A DNA stretch of 62,361 nucleotides, filler included, from Dugesia japonica (lineage: Eukaryota): NCBI GenBank assembly GCA_001938525.1. It is 5 parts of 5 records of this genome, joined end to end, with 100 filler letters (N's around TTAATTAATTAA, not from the genome) between each part and the next. Parts side by side here need not be neighbours in the genome. Positions count along the whole stretch, not along the records: positions 34,189 to 47,680 come from MQRL01621640.1; positions 47,781 to 62,361 come from MQRL01641446.1; 3 more parts are not named here. The stretch is one strand, 5' to 3'. The notes under the pieces are model-generated. The model saw only the letters and a program-made list of their open reading frames with translations, had not been told where the DNA came from and made no database searches. Of the stretch, positions 38,927-49,845 are shown piece after piece; position 1 is the stretch's first letter; each line of letters opens with the position of its first letter. A program made the translations under genes and the position numbers.

Positions 38927-41900
38927 GTGAATTTATTTTGTCACATTTGTAAAAAAAAGTTTGCTAATCAGGAAAAAGCGAAAAGACATTATAATAAACC
39001 AATACATAAATTAATTGAAGAGGATTATGTATATAATCAACTTCCTCATGAAATATCAACTACTAAAATAGATGAGATATTTACAGGTCCTGAATATGAA
39101 GATTTTCAAATTGAAAATTTAGATGAATCTGGAATTATATTAAAAAAATTTGTTGATGATATACCAACTGATGAATTTTATTATCAAGCAGAGATTGAAA
39201 AAATTATTACAAAATATTTTTCATTTGGAAAAAGAATTACTTTTGATATTACAGTTGAGGCAAATTATAAAAAAGAAGTTTCAAACATAACGAGAAATGA
39301 AAATACTACTACACAAATAAATTTTAAATCACATTCTTCTAATAAAAGAATAACAGTAAGAGAAAAAATTCCTGAAATCACGGTAATATTAATAACAGAT
39401 TTATTAACACAAATTAATGGTGATAAAAGTGAAAGTAATTGGGATTTAAATCATATAGTTTATTATAAAATAAGACTAGGCCTTTATAAATCAAAGGCGG
39501 GGGGAACTTATGTAAAATTACCATTTACTAAAAATGGAATTATTAATATTAAAAATAATGATAAAAAATGTTTTATTTGGTCAATTCTTGCACACATCCA
39601 TGATTATGAACATCCAACAAGAGTAACCCAATATAAAAAACATTTAAATGAATTTGATTTAACTGGTATAATTTTTCCAATTACATCTGAAGGTATAAAA
39701 ATATTTGAAAAAAATAATGGTTGGCAAATTAATGTTTTTGAGATTGAAGATAAAAATAAAATTCCCGAATCAACACACATTTCTCATTTTCTTTGTAAAC
39801 CACCACGTAATGAAAAAAAATGTAATTTGTTACTTTATAAAAATCATTATACCCTATGTAAAAATTTAAATACACTTATTAGTTTTCATGGAAGTGAAAA
39901 AAGTTTATGTATAAATTGTATGAATGCATATTCCACACATGAAAAAGTTGATAGACATCAAGAAGAGTGTATTCATCAAAAACCATCAAAAACTAATTTT
40001 GAAAAAAAAGAATTTCATCAATTTTCTGATTTTGATTTTATGATAAAAAATCCATTTGCAATATATGGGGATTTTGAGGCATACATTAACAGTATTAATA
40101 ATAAACAAAAACCAATTTCACTTGGTATTTATCTTGTAAGTAATCAAGAGGATTTAATACTAACAAATTATACTGTTTTCACAGGTGAAAATGTGATAAA
40201 TGATTTGATAAAATACCTTGAGGATTTAAATGAAAAAGTGGAGGAGCTTCTTGAAAGAAATTTTATTAACCCACAANCAAGAATTTTAAATGATGAATGT
40301 TTTTACTGTAAGAAAACACTAGGTGAAAATCCAGAAGANGTTTANAACNTTTTCAGTGGAGAATTTATTNGACCCGCACATGAGTGTTGTAATAAAAAAT
40401 ATAAAAAAATTAAGAAAAATTTCTTTATACCATTTTACTTTCATAACGCATCTGGTTATGACAATCATTTATTTTTTTAGAGAACTTATAGAAAAACACA
40501 AAGATCAAATAAAAGGAATTATACCACACACTGATGAAGAATATATTTCTTTTTCNNNNNNNNNNNNNNNNNNNNNNNNNNNNNNNNNNNNNNNNNNNNN
40601 NNNNNATTTGATAAAATACCTTGAGGATTTAAATGAAAAAGTGGAGGAGCTTCTTGAAAGAAATTTTATTAACCCACAATCAAGAATTTTAAATGATGAA
40701 TGTTTTTACTGTAAGAAAACACTAGGTGAAAATCCAGAAGAAGTTTACAACCTTTTCAGTGGAGAATTTATTGGACCCGCACATGAGTGTTGTAATAAAA
40801 AATATAAAAAAATTAAGAAAAATTTCTTTATACCATTTTACTTTCATAACGCATCTGGTTATGACAATCATTTATTTTTTTAGAGAACTTATAGAAAAAC
40901 ACAAAGATCAAATAAAAGGAATTATACCACACACTGATGAAGAATATATTTCTTTTTCATTTAAAAAAATTAGGTTTTTAGATTCTTACAGAATGTGTAG
41001 CCCAGGCACATTAGTTGAAAAAATGGGCACTGTTTTAAATAAAAATGAAATATACCCACATTTAAAATCATTTAATTTAAAAGCAAATAAAATTGCATTT
41101 CCTTATGAATATTTAAAAGGAGAAAATGTGGAAGAAGTTGAGCAATTATTAAAAAGTAATAAAATACCCTCAATGGAAGATTTTTTTAATAGGTTAAGAC
41201 AGAAAAAAATATCTTTTAAAGAATATAAGGAATTTTTAAAAGAATTTTTTAAAGTAAAAAACATGTGAGAACACATGCTTCTTTATTTAAAACTTGATGT
41301 TTTAATTCTTGCAGATTTCATGGAAAATCTTCGTGAAATTTCTATGCAATATTATGGGATTGATTAATGCTTTTGTTACTCAGCTCCAGGACTTACTTGG
41401 GTAACAGGAATAAAATTTACTGGAGTTAAACTAAGATATCCTAAAAAAGAAAGTTATGAATATTGTTTAAAAAATCAAAGAGCAAGTCGTGGTGGTGTTT
41501 CTGCAGTAACTAGTGAAAGACAAGTTTTTCCATTTAATAAAAATATATCAGAAAGGAAATTTACAAAACCACAAAAAGAAGAAATTAAAAAATGTTTAGA
41601 GCGAGGAAAAGAAATTCCAGAAGAATTTTCTAAAGAAACATTTTTAAAATATTTAAATCAAAATTCTGTATATGCGGCATGTATGATGAAACCTCTTCCA
41701 ATAGGTGATTACATCGAATGTACTAATTTAACATATGAAAAATCAACAGAAGAGTATAATTTCATGTATGAGGTGGATTTGGAGTATCCTCCTGAAATTC
41801 ATAAAAAAACAAGATATTATCCTTTTGCACCAGAGAGGTTAAATATACGAAAATTATGGAAGCACCATATCAAACCAATTTTCATAAAAAAATTCCAAAA

Positions 41901-42903
41901 GATAATACAAAATTAGTACTTACTCAATTTGATAAGTTTCGTTATTATTTCCAAGGAAGTACACTAGACTTTTATTTATCACAACGAATGAAGTTGAAAA
42001 AATTTTATTACAAAGTAAAAGTTCCAAGAACTCCACGGTTAAGACCTTATATTCTTTTTAACATTCAAAAGAGAAATGAAGCAAAAAGAAATGGAGATGA
42101 TTTTCCATCTGATTTTCTCAAGCTTTTAAATAATGCCTTTTATGGAAAATGTCTTGAAGATGTTTTTAAAAGACAGAGTATAGTATTTGTTACAAATAAT
42201 GAAGAATTTCAAAGGCAATCTGCAAAATAATCATTTAAATATTTTAAAATATTTACAAGACATTTAGCAGCAATGCACATGAAAAAAAATAATATAAAAT
42301 ATAATAAATTTCCAATGATTGGTTTCGCAATTTTAGAATATGCGAAAGAGATTATGTATAACTTTATATATGTTCAAATTCAACCATTAATTGGAACAGA
42401 AAATTATAAAATTCACTACACAGATTTCCTTTTCGTAGAAATAAGCGGGCAAGAAAATTTAGACAAGTTGTCAACATTGTTTGGAAATGAACTCTTTCAA
42501 ATGAAAGACGAACAACCAAACGCAGAAATTACACATGCAAATTTTTATAAGGACAAAATGTTATGCTTTTAATTTTATACTAAATCATTTAATTGAATAT
42601 TACAATAGACACAAGGGTGCATCAAAAACTAATGATGTACAAATGATGGATTATGATAAAATTTTAGAAGATGCGCAACAAGTGATTTCTGGAGTGAATT
42701 ATAGTTTAAAATCAGATAGGCATGAAATAGAATTAATTTCTCAAAATAAAATAATAATGAGTGCTTATGATGATAAAGTTTTAATTGAATTAAATGGTAT
42801 AATAACTTGGCCACATGGAAATCAATTTTGGTGTGAAAGATGTGAAGCATGGCATTTAAGGTTAGATCTTTTATGGAATCGTTTAAGTTGTCAACTTACT
42901 TAA
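38927..42903 (+). pseudogene. Protein-primed DNA polymerase B (N-terminal C2H2 finger, OTU-like domain, exonuclease, polymerase), disrupted
   Basis: CHICKKKF..H....H; NNDKKCFIW...LLYKNHY; IYGDFEA; FHNASGYDNH; RFLDSY; FPYEY; YLKLDVLILAD; SAPGLTW; SRGG; YLNQNSVY; KLLNNAFYGK; HYTD; MKDE; SAYDDK. Frameshifts and stops at ~40880, 41266, 41366, ~41860, 42228 and ~42550; 40203-40555 is duplicated at 40606-40958 across a gap. Confidence 0.96.
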
Positions 42904-43437
42904 TTCAAATGTAGGACTTGTAACTTTAGATTTTAAAATTATTTCATGAACTTCTCTAATCATAGATTTACTAGAAGAAATTTCCTCATCTGTTAAAATA
43001 TTATCATTCAAAGCCTTTTGCTGAAATTTAAAAAGTTTATTTTTAACAGCCTCCAATTTAAAAATAAGGTTAGTATATTTCTTTTTCTTCTTTTGAATTA
43101 AAGATGAATTTAATGCAACGGTAATTGGAATTGAAGAACCTATTCCAGTTATTATGGGAAGACCAATTGTAGTAATTCCTATTCCAAGTGAAGTTGCAAA
43201 ATTACACCAACAATGGCCACACCAGTTCCAATTATAATTTGAACAACTTTTATTCCATCATCGGCGGCGGCCTATTTTGAATAAAATTTTCTGTAATGTT
43301 TTATTTATAAAGTAAAGGTCATTTTCGAAATCTTTAATTCTTAAAAATGACAATTTTGATTTTAAATCTTCAAGTGTATAATTGTTTATTTCTTGCTGAT
43401 AATTTTTTAAATCTGGGTATAATGTTTCGTCTGCCAT
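42883..43437 (-). pseudogene. Polinton membrane protein (adintovirus 'GasderminX'-like), frameshifted
   Basis: MADETLYPDL..., Gly-rich hydrophobic TSLGIGITTIGLPIITGIGSSIPITVAL, KKKRKY, KALNDNILTDEE: pattern of the conserved Polinton TM protein. Confidence 0.65.
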
Positions 43438-43440
43438 TTT

Positions 43441-44003
43441 ACATAGGAAAATTTTCATAGTTCATCGAATATTTTTTTTCTACCTTTTTCAAGACAAGTT
43501 TTAATAATAATATGATTATTAATATAAATATTAGCTGGTAAAATAAAATGAAAATTTTTTATATCTATACTTTCTACTTGATTTATTATTGTTTCTGTTT
43601 TTATTTTATTCTCATCATCGAGTTCATAACCACTTTTACCACCCCTTAATTTTAAGGTGTTTATTTCTAATTTAAATTTTCCAAGTTTTACATGAGAAAA
43701 ATCTACAATCTCATCAGAACCAGAAACATTAATAGTAATACTAATTTTAGATATTTTTGTATATCCCCCAATAAAAATACATATTGGAAAAACAAATCAT
43801 GTAGTTTTAAAATAAAGTTTTAAAGGACTAGCAAGAAAAAAATATAATGTTTTTTACTATAATATTCCCAAAACCCATTTATTATTACTTTTTCTAATAT
43901 TAAATAAATTTTTTCATAAGAATAATATGGAAATTTATTTTCATTTTTAAGTAAAAAATACATTTTAAAAAGAATATATTCTTTTAAATAAACATTTTTC
44001 CAT
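43441..44003 (-). pseudogene. Decayed hypothetical ORF within the Polinton cluster
   Basis: Open C-terminal part (IFIGGYTKISKISITINVSGSDEIVDFSHVKLGKFKLEINTLKLRGG...) preceded by several stops. Confidence 0.35.
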
Positions 44004-44061
44004 ACTAAATAATTATCAACTAATTCTTCTAATTTTTTTAGGATCTCTGGAGATCTTGTTT

Positions 44062-44490
44062 TTATATATATTTCAAAATTTTCATTAATTTTTTTACATA
44101 TTCTGGGTGAAGACGATTTTTTATCTTTTCAAATTCTTCTATTAAAGAAAATAAAGGATCATTTTCTTTTATTAAAGAAATTTGTTTTTTTAAAAGCTCA
44201 ACTTCTTTTTTTATCTCTTCTATTTCTTGTTTGGATTTAGAATCATTTTGTTTTTTTAAATTTTCAACATCATCTTTTATTTGGAAGAAAAACTTGAAAA
44301 TAAATTTTTTGAGAAATTTAAAATTTACTAAATCATCTTCATCTTTAGGATAATCAGGAATTTTTATTTTCTTAATATTTTTTAAATTTACAGCATCAAG
44401 ATTGTCTTTAGGATCATCAGTAATTTTTAAATGTTTAACAGTGTCACCACTCACATTTACAAATTTACTTTCACTAAGTAAATCAGCCAA
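44062..44490 (-). CDS. Putative fibre/spike-like protein with P.D..DAVN repeats and coiled coil
   Basis: GDTVKHLKITDDPKDNLDAVNLK and PDYPKDEDDLVNFK, followed by heptads; non-ATG start as annotated. Confidence 0.55.
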   Translation of the reverse strand: MADLLSESKFVNVSGDTVKHLKITDDPKDNLDAVNLKNIKKIKIPDYPKDEDDLVNFKFLKKFIFKFFFQIKDDVENLKKQNDSKSKQEIEEIKKEVELLKKQISLIKENDPLFSLIEEFEKIKNRLHPEYVKKLMKILKYI

Positions 44491-44505
44491 TTTTAATTTA
44501 TCAAC

Positions 44506-44748
44506 CTATTTTTTTAAACCGGTGTAAAGAATGATAATATTTTTTTGTTCATTTTTTAAAAATTTTAAATTTACTGCATCCAGGTCATCTTTAGGCGGAT
44601 TGAAAATTTTAAGAAATTTTACAGAGTCTCCAGTTTCATTTTCAAATCTTTTTTCATTGCTGGCATCTTGAATTCTTAATTTTGCATAAAGAGTATTAAT
44701 AATTCTTTTTTCATTCCTCGCCTGTGATCGGCGTCCATATGCATTCAT
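44506..44748 (-). CDS. Paralogous putative fibre-like protein
   Basis: MNAYGRR...GDSVKFLKIFNPPKDDLDAVNLKFL; clear paralogue of the adjacent ORF. Confidence 0.55.
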   Translation of the reverse strand: MNAYGRRSQARNEKRIINTLYAKLRIQDASNEKRFENETGDSVKFLKIFNPPKDDLDAVNLKFLKNEQKNIIILYTGLKK

Positions 44749-45152
44749 TTATTTCAGAAATAATTTCATCAAAAGATTTTTCTGGAAAACTATAAAGAAA
44801 ATAAATACAGAGTACACCACAAATTTTTGTTTCAAAAGGTTGAACTTGTTTTTCATTAAATTTTATTATGTTGTCCTCAGGATCTTCATGAAAAGGTTTT
44901 AAACCAAAAGAGTCAAAATAATGTTTTTTTTAATGCGACCCAGTGAGATCCTTTTTGATAAGAATTTTGATAATTAAAAATATAATTCATATCATTTTCA
45001 AAAATTTTAGGTAACTCATTTTTCATGTAAATTTCTAATGGAATTTTTAAAAAGTTTGCAATGGAATAAAGACCAAAATTTGTAGTTGTTGTAATTCCAA
45101 ATGTTTTTAAAAAATCTAAGACTTTTGGTTTGCTGTTGGAAGTATGAAGCAT
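44711..45152 (-). pseudogene. Adenain-like cysteine protease (virion maturation), one frameshift in a T run near 44925
   Basis: YIFNYQNSYQKGSHWVAL / YFDSFG...NEKQVQPFETKICGVLC: catalytic H, D, Q and C all present. Confidence 0.92.
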
Positions 45153-45808
45153 TTTCTTAAGTGAACAATTAATGTTATTGTTTCATTATTAAAATCAATA
45201 AGTTCAAAATTCTCATCAATAATTTCAAATCTAAATCCATCAATATAACTAGAAGATATTCTTGAGTAAATGAGTGGTGATGGTCTTTCTACAATTTTAT
45301 ATCCAAAGCTTACAGTGTTTGTTGGAAATGAATATAATAAATTAGATTGTTTATTATTTATATAATTCCCCTTTACTATATTACAAGTAATGTTAATTGT
45401 ATTAATATCAGAAATATTTATTTTTTCATCTGAATAATATTTTCCTGCTGGATACTCTTTTGGCTTAAAACCTAAAAGTTTATAAAAGAAAGATTTCTCA
45501 TCAAATTTTAAAATTTTATTTTCTGCAATAATAAGTAAAGATTTTCCGGTTGATGTGTCTAAAGTTATCTCTATTCCAAGGTCTTTTATTTTCTCTGTAA
45601 TTTCTTCAACCTCATAAGCACCAAGATGAATTTTTTCTTGTTTACCATTTAATGTAAAATTTACATCATCTCGTTCAACATTAAAAATTGTATTATAAAC
45701 AGAAAAACAAATTAAAGCAATTTCATAATCTTCTTTTAAATCTAATGGTCTTTTTAAATTAACTTCTAATTTCGATCCTTTACCAGTAACTAAAAATTGA
45801 TGAGACAT
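45116..45808 (-). CDS. Minor capsid protein (penton, single jelly-roll)
   Basis: RPLDLKEDYEIALI.FSVYNTIFNV, GAYEV, KLLGF, INITCNIVKGNYIN, LYSF, GYKIVERP..LIY, IIDENFELIDFNNE.ITL.VHLR. Confidence 0.9.
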   Translation of the reverse strand: MSHQFLVTGKGSKLEVNLKRPLDLKEDYEIALICFSVYNTIFNVERDDVNFTLNGKQEKIHLGAYEVEEITEKIKDLGIEITLDTSTGKSLLIIAENKILKFDEKSFFYKLLGFKPKEYPAGKYYSDEKINISDINTINITCNIVKGNYINNKQSNLLYSFPTNTVSFGYKIVERPSPLIYSRISSSYIDGFRFEIIDENFELIDFNNETITLIVHLRKCFILPTANQKS

Positions 45809-45814
45809 TTTTTA

Positions 45815-46750
45815 TTAAAAATATTTTGGATATTTTTTATATTTATCTTTTGAAATTAATTTTTTATTTTTTAATTTTTTACAAATTAATTTTATTTCTG
45901 GAGCAACATTTTCATGACCTGCTTTTCTTGCAGAAAGTAAAGCAATTAATTTTTCAAATAAATCTACTGGAGTTGTGAGGGCGTTCCCTGCAGTTAAGAA
46001 TGATGTTCTTCTTTGGGGTTGATCTAAATCTTCTAGCGATGATGATTTTACTTTTGATTTTACCATCTTTAAATATTTTGAATTAGCTCAATGTCTAATA
46101 TTTAAACCATATTGATAAATAATTGCATCTTCTTTTTCTATATTACTCATTTTCTCTGCATGATCTAAAACTATTTTCATTAAATCTTCTTTAAAAGGAA
46201 TAAGTTTATCTCTATTAAATAAAAATTGTGCAGAATCTTTTTCAACTAAATATATTTTATTATTATCAATACTAATAGTCGGAAAAGCCTTTTCTTTAAT
46301 GACTTCATAAGAAATTTTTGGTAATATTTTTTCTGAAGTAAAAAATTTTTTTTCAATTTCAACTTGATTATTTTGTATATTCATAGGAGTTAAATTTTCA
46401 AATTTTATTTCTTCTTTTTTAGGTTCTAATATTGGATCTAATATTGGTTGTATTAGTTGAATTAATGGTGGAGCTATTGGTTTTACTTCTTCTAGTTTTT
46501 GTTGTAAAGCAGAAATTATTGGAGTTTGTTGAAAAGCATGAGAAGAAAGAAGATTTTTAGATGCAAGAACTTTACTAGTTAAAAATTGATTATATATTTC
46601 TTCTTTTTCAATTATTTGTTTTAATTCTTTAATTCTAGGTTCTAATAAAATATAACTATTACTTATACTTTCCTTTGGTTGTGCTTCGCTTCGCTCGCTA
46701 GTCGCTTCGCTCGCCATTTTTATAAGGTTTGAAATAAACTCCATCTCCAT
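45815..46750 (-). pseudogene. Conserved Polinton virion-associated hypothetical protein; one gene split by a single TGA at 46088-46090
   Basis: ORFs 46088-46750 and 45815-46066 are in the same frame, linked by ANSKYLK; C-terminal LFEKLIALLSARKAGH....EI..I...L....LI motif typical of Polintons. Confidence 0.7.
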
Positions 46751-47260
46751 AAGGTCTTAAATATAATCCCCCTCCTTTTTTTAATTTTTTCGATGGATTT
46801 AAATTTTGATTTTTTAAATATTTATAAATCACAGACCCTTGTATTTCACTTATGTATTGTACTTCATCTTTATTTTGAGTTGGAGTTGGAATTGGGGTTT
46901 GAGTTGGATTTAGTCGTTGTTCTTTTCATATTCTAATTTTTCAGTTACAAGTCTCGAATTATGTGCATCTCGCGAATTTTTAACGGCGAGTGCAATCCCC
47001 CCTGCTACACCTGCGACTGCGGCTGTTGCAACTGCGACTTTGCCAATGCCAGCAAGAAAAGCAATTACTGCAGGTATAAGCGCCAATAGTGGAATAAAAT
47101 CCCCCTATTTTTCTTCTCGTTTTTTAATTTCTTCTTTTACTTTTTTACCTATCCAATAATTTTTACCATTAATTTTAACTGTTCTACTATGATTTGAATT
47201 TATTAATTTTCTTAATTCTTCTTCTGTAATATTTGCTCGTGCTTCGCTTCGTTCGCCCAT
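46698..47260 (-). pseudogene. Membrane-active core-protein precursor (cupiennin/pVI-pX-like), one stop and one frameshift
   Basis: ...KKREEK*GDFIPLLALIPAVIAFLAGIGKVAVATAAVAGVAGGIALAVKN...(shift)...KKGGGLYLRPYGDGVYFKPY. Confidence 0.75.
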
Positions 47261-47264
47261 TTTT

Positions 47265-47680
47265 CTAAGTAAAAAGATCGGTTGTAACTTCATTTGTTAA
47301 TTGGTTTAAATAAAAATATGTATATGGTTTTTTCCATTGAAAATTTAGTTCATAATCATATTCATCCTTATCGCAAAATACACAAGAAAATAAATCACTA
47401 AAAACACTATCGCGATCTCTTTTATTTAAACGGAAAAATATAAAACAGTTACTATTATTTCGTATTGAATTTTTATCGAGGTGAAAATATGTTTGGGAAA
47501 TATAAATCACATTACAATTTGAATGNCGACCTCGAGTAAAATAACTTTTTTGAATTTGTTGATTTTTTTCATTTACAACATCATCAAAAATTACAAGATT
47601 TTTTAAATTCTTTTTTAATTGGTCACAACGAAGAATGTCATCTGGTTTATTGCTTAGAATTACATCTATTGTTTGTGGTT
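47265..47680 (-). CDS. A32/FtsK-like DNA packaging ATPase, C-terminal half (truncated by spacer)
   Basis: Walker B KNLVIFDD, FTRGRHSNCNVIYISQTYF, IRNNSN. Confidence 0.92.
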
Positions 47681-47780
47681 NNNNNNNNNNNNNNNNNNNN
47701 NNNNNNNNNNNNNNNNNNNNNNNNTTAATTAATTAANNNNNNNNNNNNNNNNNNNNNNNNNNNNNNNNNNNNNNNNNNNN
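47681..47780. other. Artificial scaffold-joining spacer
   Basis: 44 N + TTAATTAATTAA + 44 N. Confidence 0.97.
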
Positions 47781-47817
47781 CATGTAATGTGAGGTCACCA
47801 CGAACAACGCTTGCTCG

Positions 47818-47866
47818 CGTCATGCACAATGCATGCTATCGTCATGCACAATGCATGCTCGTGTCA
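47818..47866. repeat. Short tandem repeat CGTCATGCACAATGCATGCT x2
   Basis: Direct reading. Confidence 0.8.
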
Positions 47867-48784
47867 TATTCATAAATATTTTAGATAACAAATCATATAA
47901 TTTAAAACAAAATTCACCCAATTATATAAATTAAAATTAATAATAACCATTCATTTCCTTTAAAACATCTAACGACCAATAAAAACTAACAAATAATGAG
48001 TATGCATGTATCGTCCCAAGTATATAAACAGTAGGTTTCGTAAAATAAGTCACTTTTACAATTCAAAGTTATTATCAAAATGAACCAAATTGAAAGAAGA
48101 ATTAAACCAATTACAGATGCAATTACCAGTAAATCCGTTGATAAAATTCAATTCATAAGCAGGATCGACAATGGTCTATTGAGAAAATATGAGTATGTTG
48201 AACTCATTGTCTAATCAATATTCATGGATAAAAAAAGGAAGAATTAAAGATCCAATAGAGAAATAAATTTATTGTTGTAACTTTATTGACATCCATTGGG
48301 ATATTTTATTTGTTTGGTCGGAAATAATGTAATTAATATTATTTTGCTGTTTAATAAATAGATTTAAATAATAATTTTGTTTCTTTTTTGCATTATTTAT
48401 ATTAAAAAAAACCTAAAAATAAATAGTTTATTTTCAATTGGTTTATGAGTGTATTATTTACATAGTTATCTTGTAATATAGGATTTATTTACATAAGAAT
48501 CATGNAATATGAGGTAGTAGTGTAAATACATGCTCGCATCATNATAAATTTATGTTCATGACATGTTCACAAAATTAAATAAATAATATGAAATAATAAC
48601 AAGTTCAATAAATAGAGTAATTTTGTTTCGTAGTATTATTTAAAAGAAAAATGAACAAGACTTTTTATCAATTAAACATATATTTTGTATAATACAAATA
48701 CATGCAAATAAATATTTCATATGTAATGTTGCTTNNNNNNNNNNNNNNNNNNNNNNNNNNNNNNNNNNNNNNNNNNNNNNNNNN

Positions 48785-48934
48785 ATTTATTGTATGAGTG
48801 TCGGTGATTAAGACATTGTGTACTGAAATATGCTGATCCAAGTAACATTGATACACTTCGTTCAATCTGAATAGAATCAATAAATTAAACAAAAACTCTT
48901 ACTTTATTACTATTATTTCAAGAATACATAGCAT
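48785..48934 (-). pseudogene. N-terminal fragment of the Polinton protease gene following the MCP
   Basis: Nucleotide similarity and identical position relative to the MCP end as 56248-56350. Confidence 0.45.
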
Positions 48935-48937
48935 TGT

Positions 48938-49695
48938 TTACACCAATACTGTTCCGTTTTCTTTAATCTGAATCTCATTTTTAAATACTCCATAAATTAC
49001 AACATATGCTGATGTTGTTAAAGCTTTGTTGTTGAGGTAATTTACTCTCATTTATATCAAAACCTGGAGCAAGAACAAATGTAAAGAAGAGATAATTATC
49101 CTTAAAATCTTGAAGTGTTATTCAACAATTTATATTCTTATTCAAATATCCCATATTTCGTACTATAGGTTGCTTATATGTTGTGGCATAATTATCGTTT
49201 GTAAGGTCCTGAGTATATATTTCTCAAAAATCAGTGTTTTTTTTAAAGAAACAGAAACAGCATCTAGATTTTGAAATGTTGAACTCGAGCTTTTATAACT
49301 ACCATTATATTGTTCACCGCTTTGAAATGCTATTAAAATAAAGCTAGGTAATCGACGATCACCAAAGATTTGTTCCTTATAAAACGATGAACTATCTTTA
49401 CTAATTGCAAATGCAACGACTTCCTTGTTTCTTATAAGATAAACAGCATTTTGTTTTTTTAGTTCTATTTGATGAGCAACTAGTATTGAGGGTTCAATGC
49501 GTACACGTCTAACCATTAGTTTTGCATCTAGTAATACATATTTAGGTGCATTGGCTGAGAATTCCAAACAAATGTTAGCATCTGTTCATTTCAATCAAAT
49601 CTGAACATTGACACCAGGAATAAAGTATTTCGATTGATCCATGAAATCAAGTTGAAATGAACCACATAGTGAAAATGGTTTTGATTTTGCAATAG
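48938..49695 (-). pseudogene. Polinton major capsid protein (double jelly-roll), C-terminal part, decayed
   Basis: LCGSFQLDFMDQSKYFIPGVNV, DAKLMVRRVRIEPSILVAH..EL...NAVY, IFGDRRLPSFILIAF, YNGSY...F, FTFVLAP, YVVIYGVFKNEIQI. Confidence 0.88.
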
Positions 49696-49805
49696 ACGTA
49701 AATTGGATTTTGAAGCTCAACAATGTAATTACTAGCAATATTATTTGGATGAAGTAACGGACTACTATTACTAGGTAAAAGTGTATAGAAATTATTCGAT
49801 TTCAT
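49696..49805 (-). pseudogene. N-terminus of a second penton gene, deleted and fused into the MCP
   Basis: MKSNNFYTLLPSNSS...HPNNIASNYIVELQNPIY; diverged duplicate of ~50835-50967. Confidence 0.75.
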
Positions 49806-49845
49806 CTAAATATTTTTCTTGTTTAACTATTTGCATTAAACAATA

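Larger units (their letters stand above)
38411..47680. mobile_element. Polinton/Maverick (adintovirus-like) element, left arm, truncated by the scaffold end
   Basis: Begins AGTAGATAG at the Tigger breakpoint; ~500-bp non-coding terminus with a ~30-bp direct repeat; pPolB on + converging with a compact minus-strand virion gene cluster. Confidence 0.92.

Noticed and set aside
40203-40958. Tandem domain duplication inside pPolB
   Set aside because: Near-identical ~350-bp copies flank a 50-N gap, the same pattern as at 9377 and 25783; assembly overlap artefact
46917-47159. Plus-strand Ala-rich ORF
   Set aside because: Antisense shadow of the minus-strand membrane-active precursor
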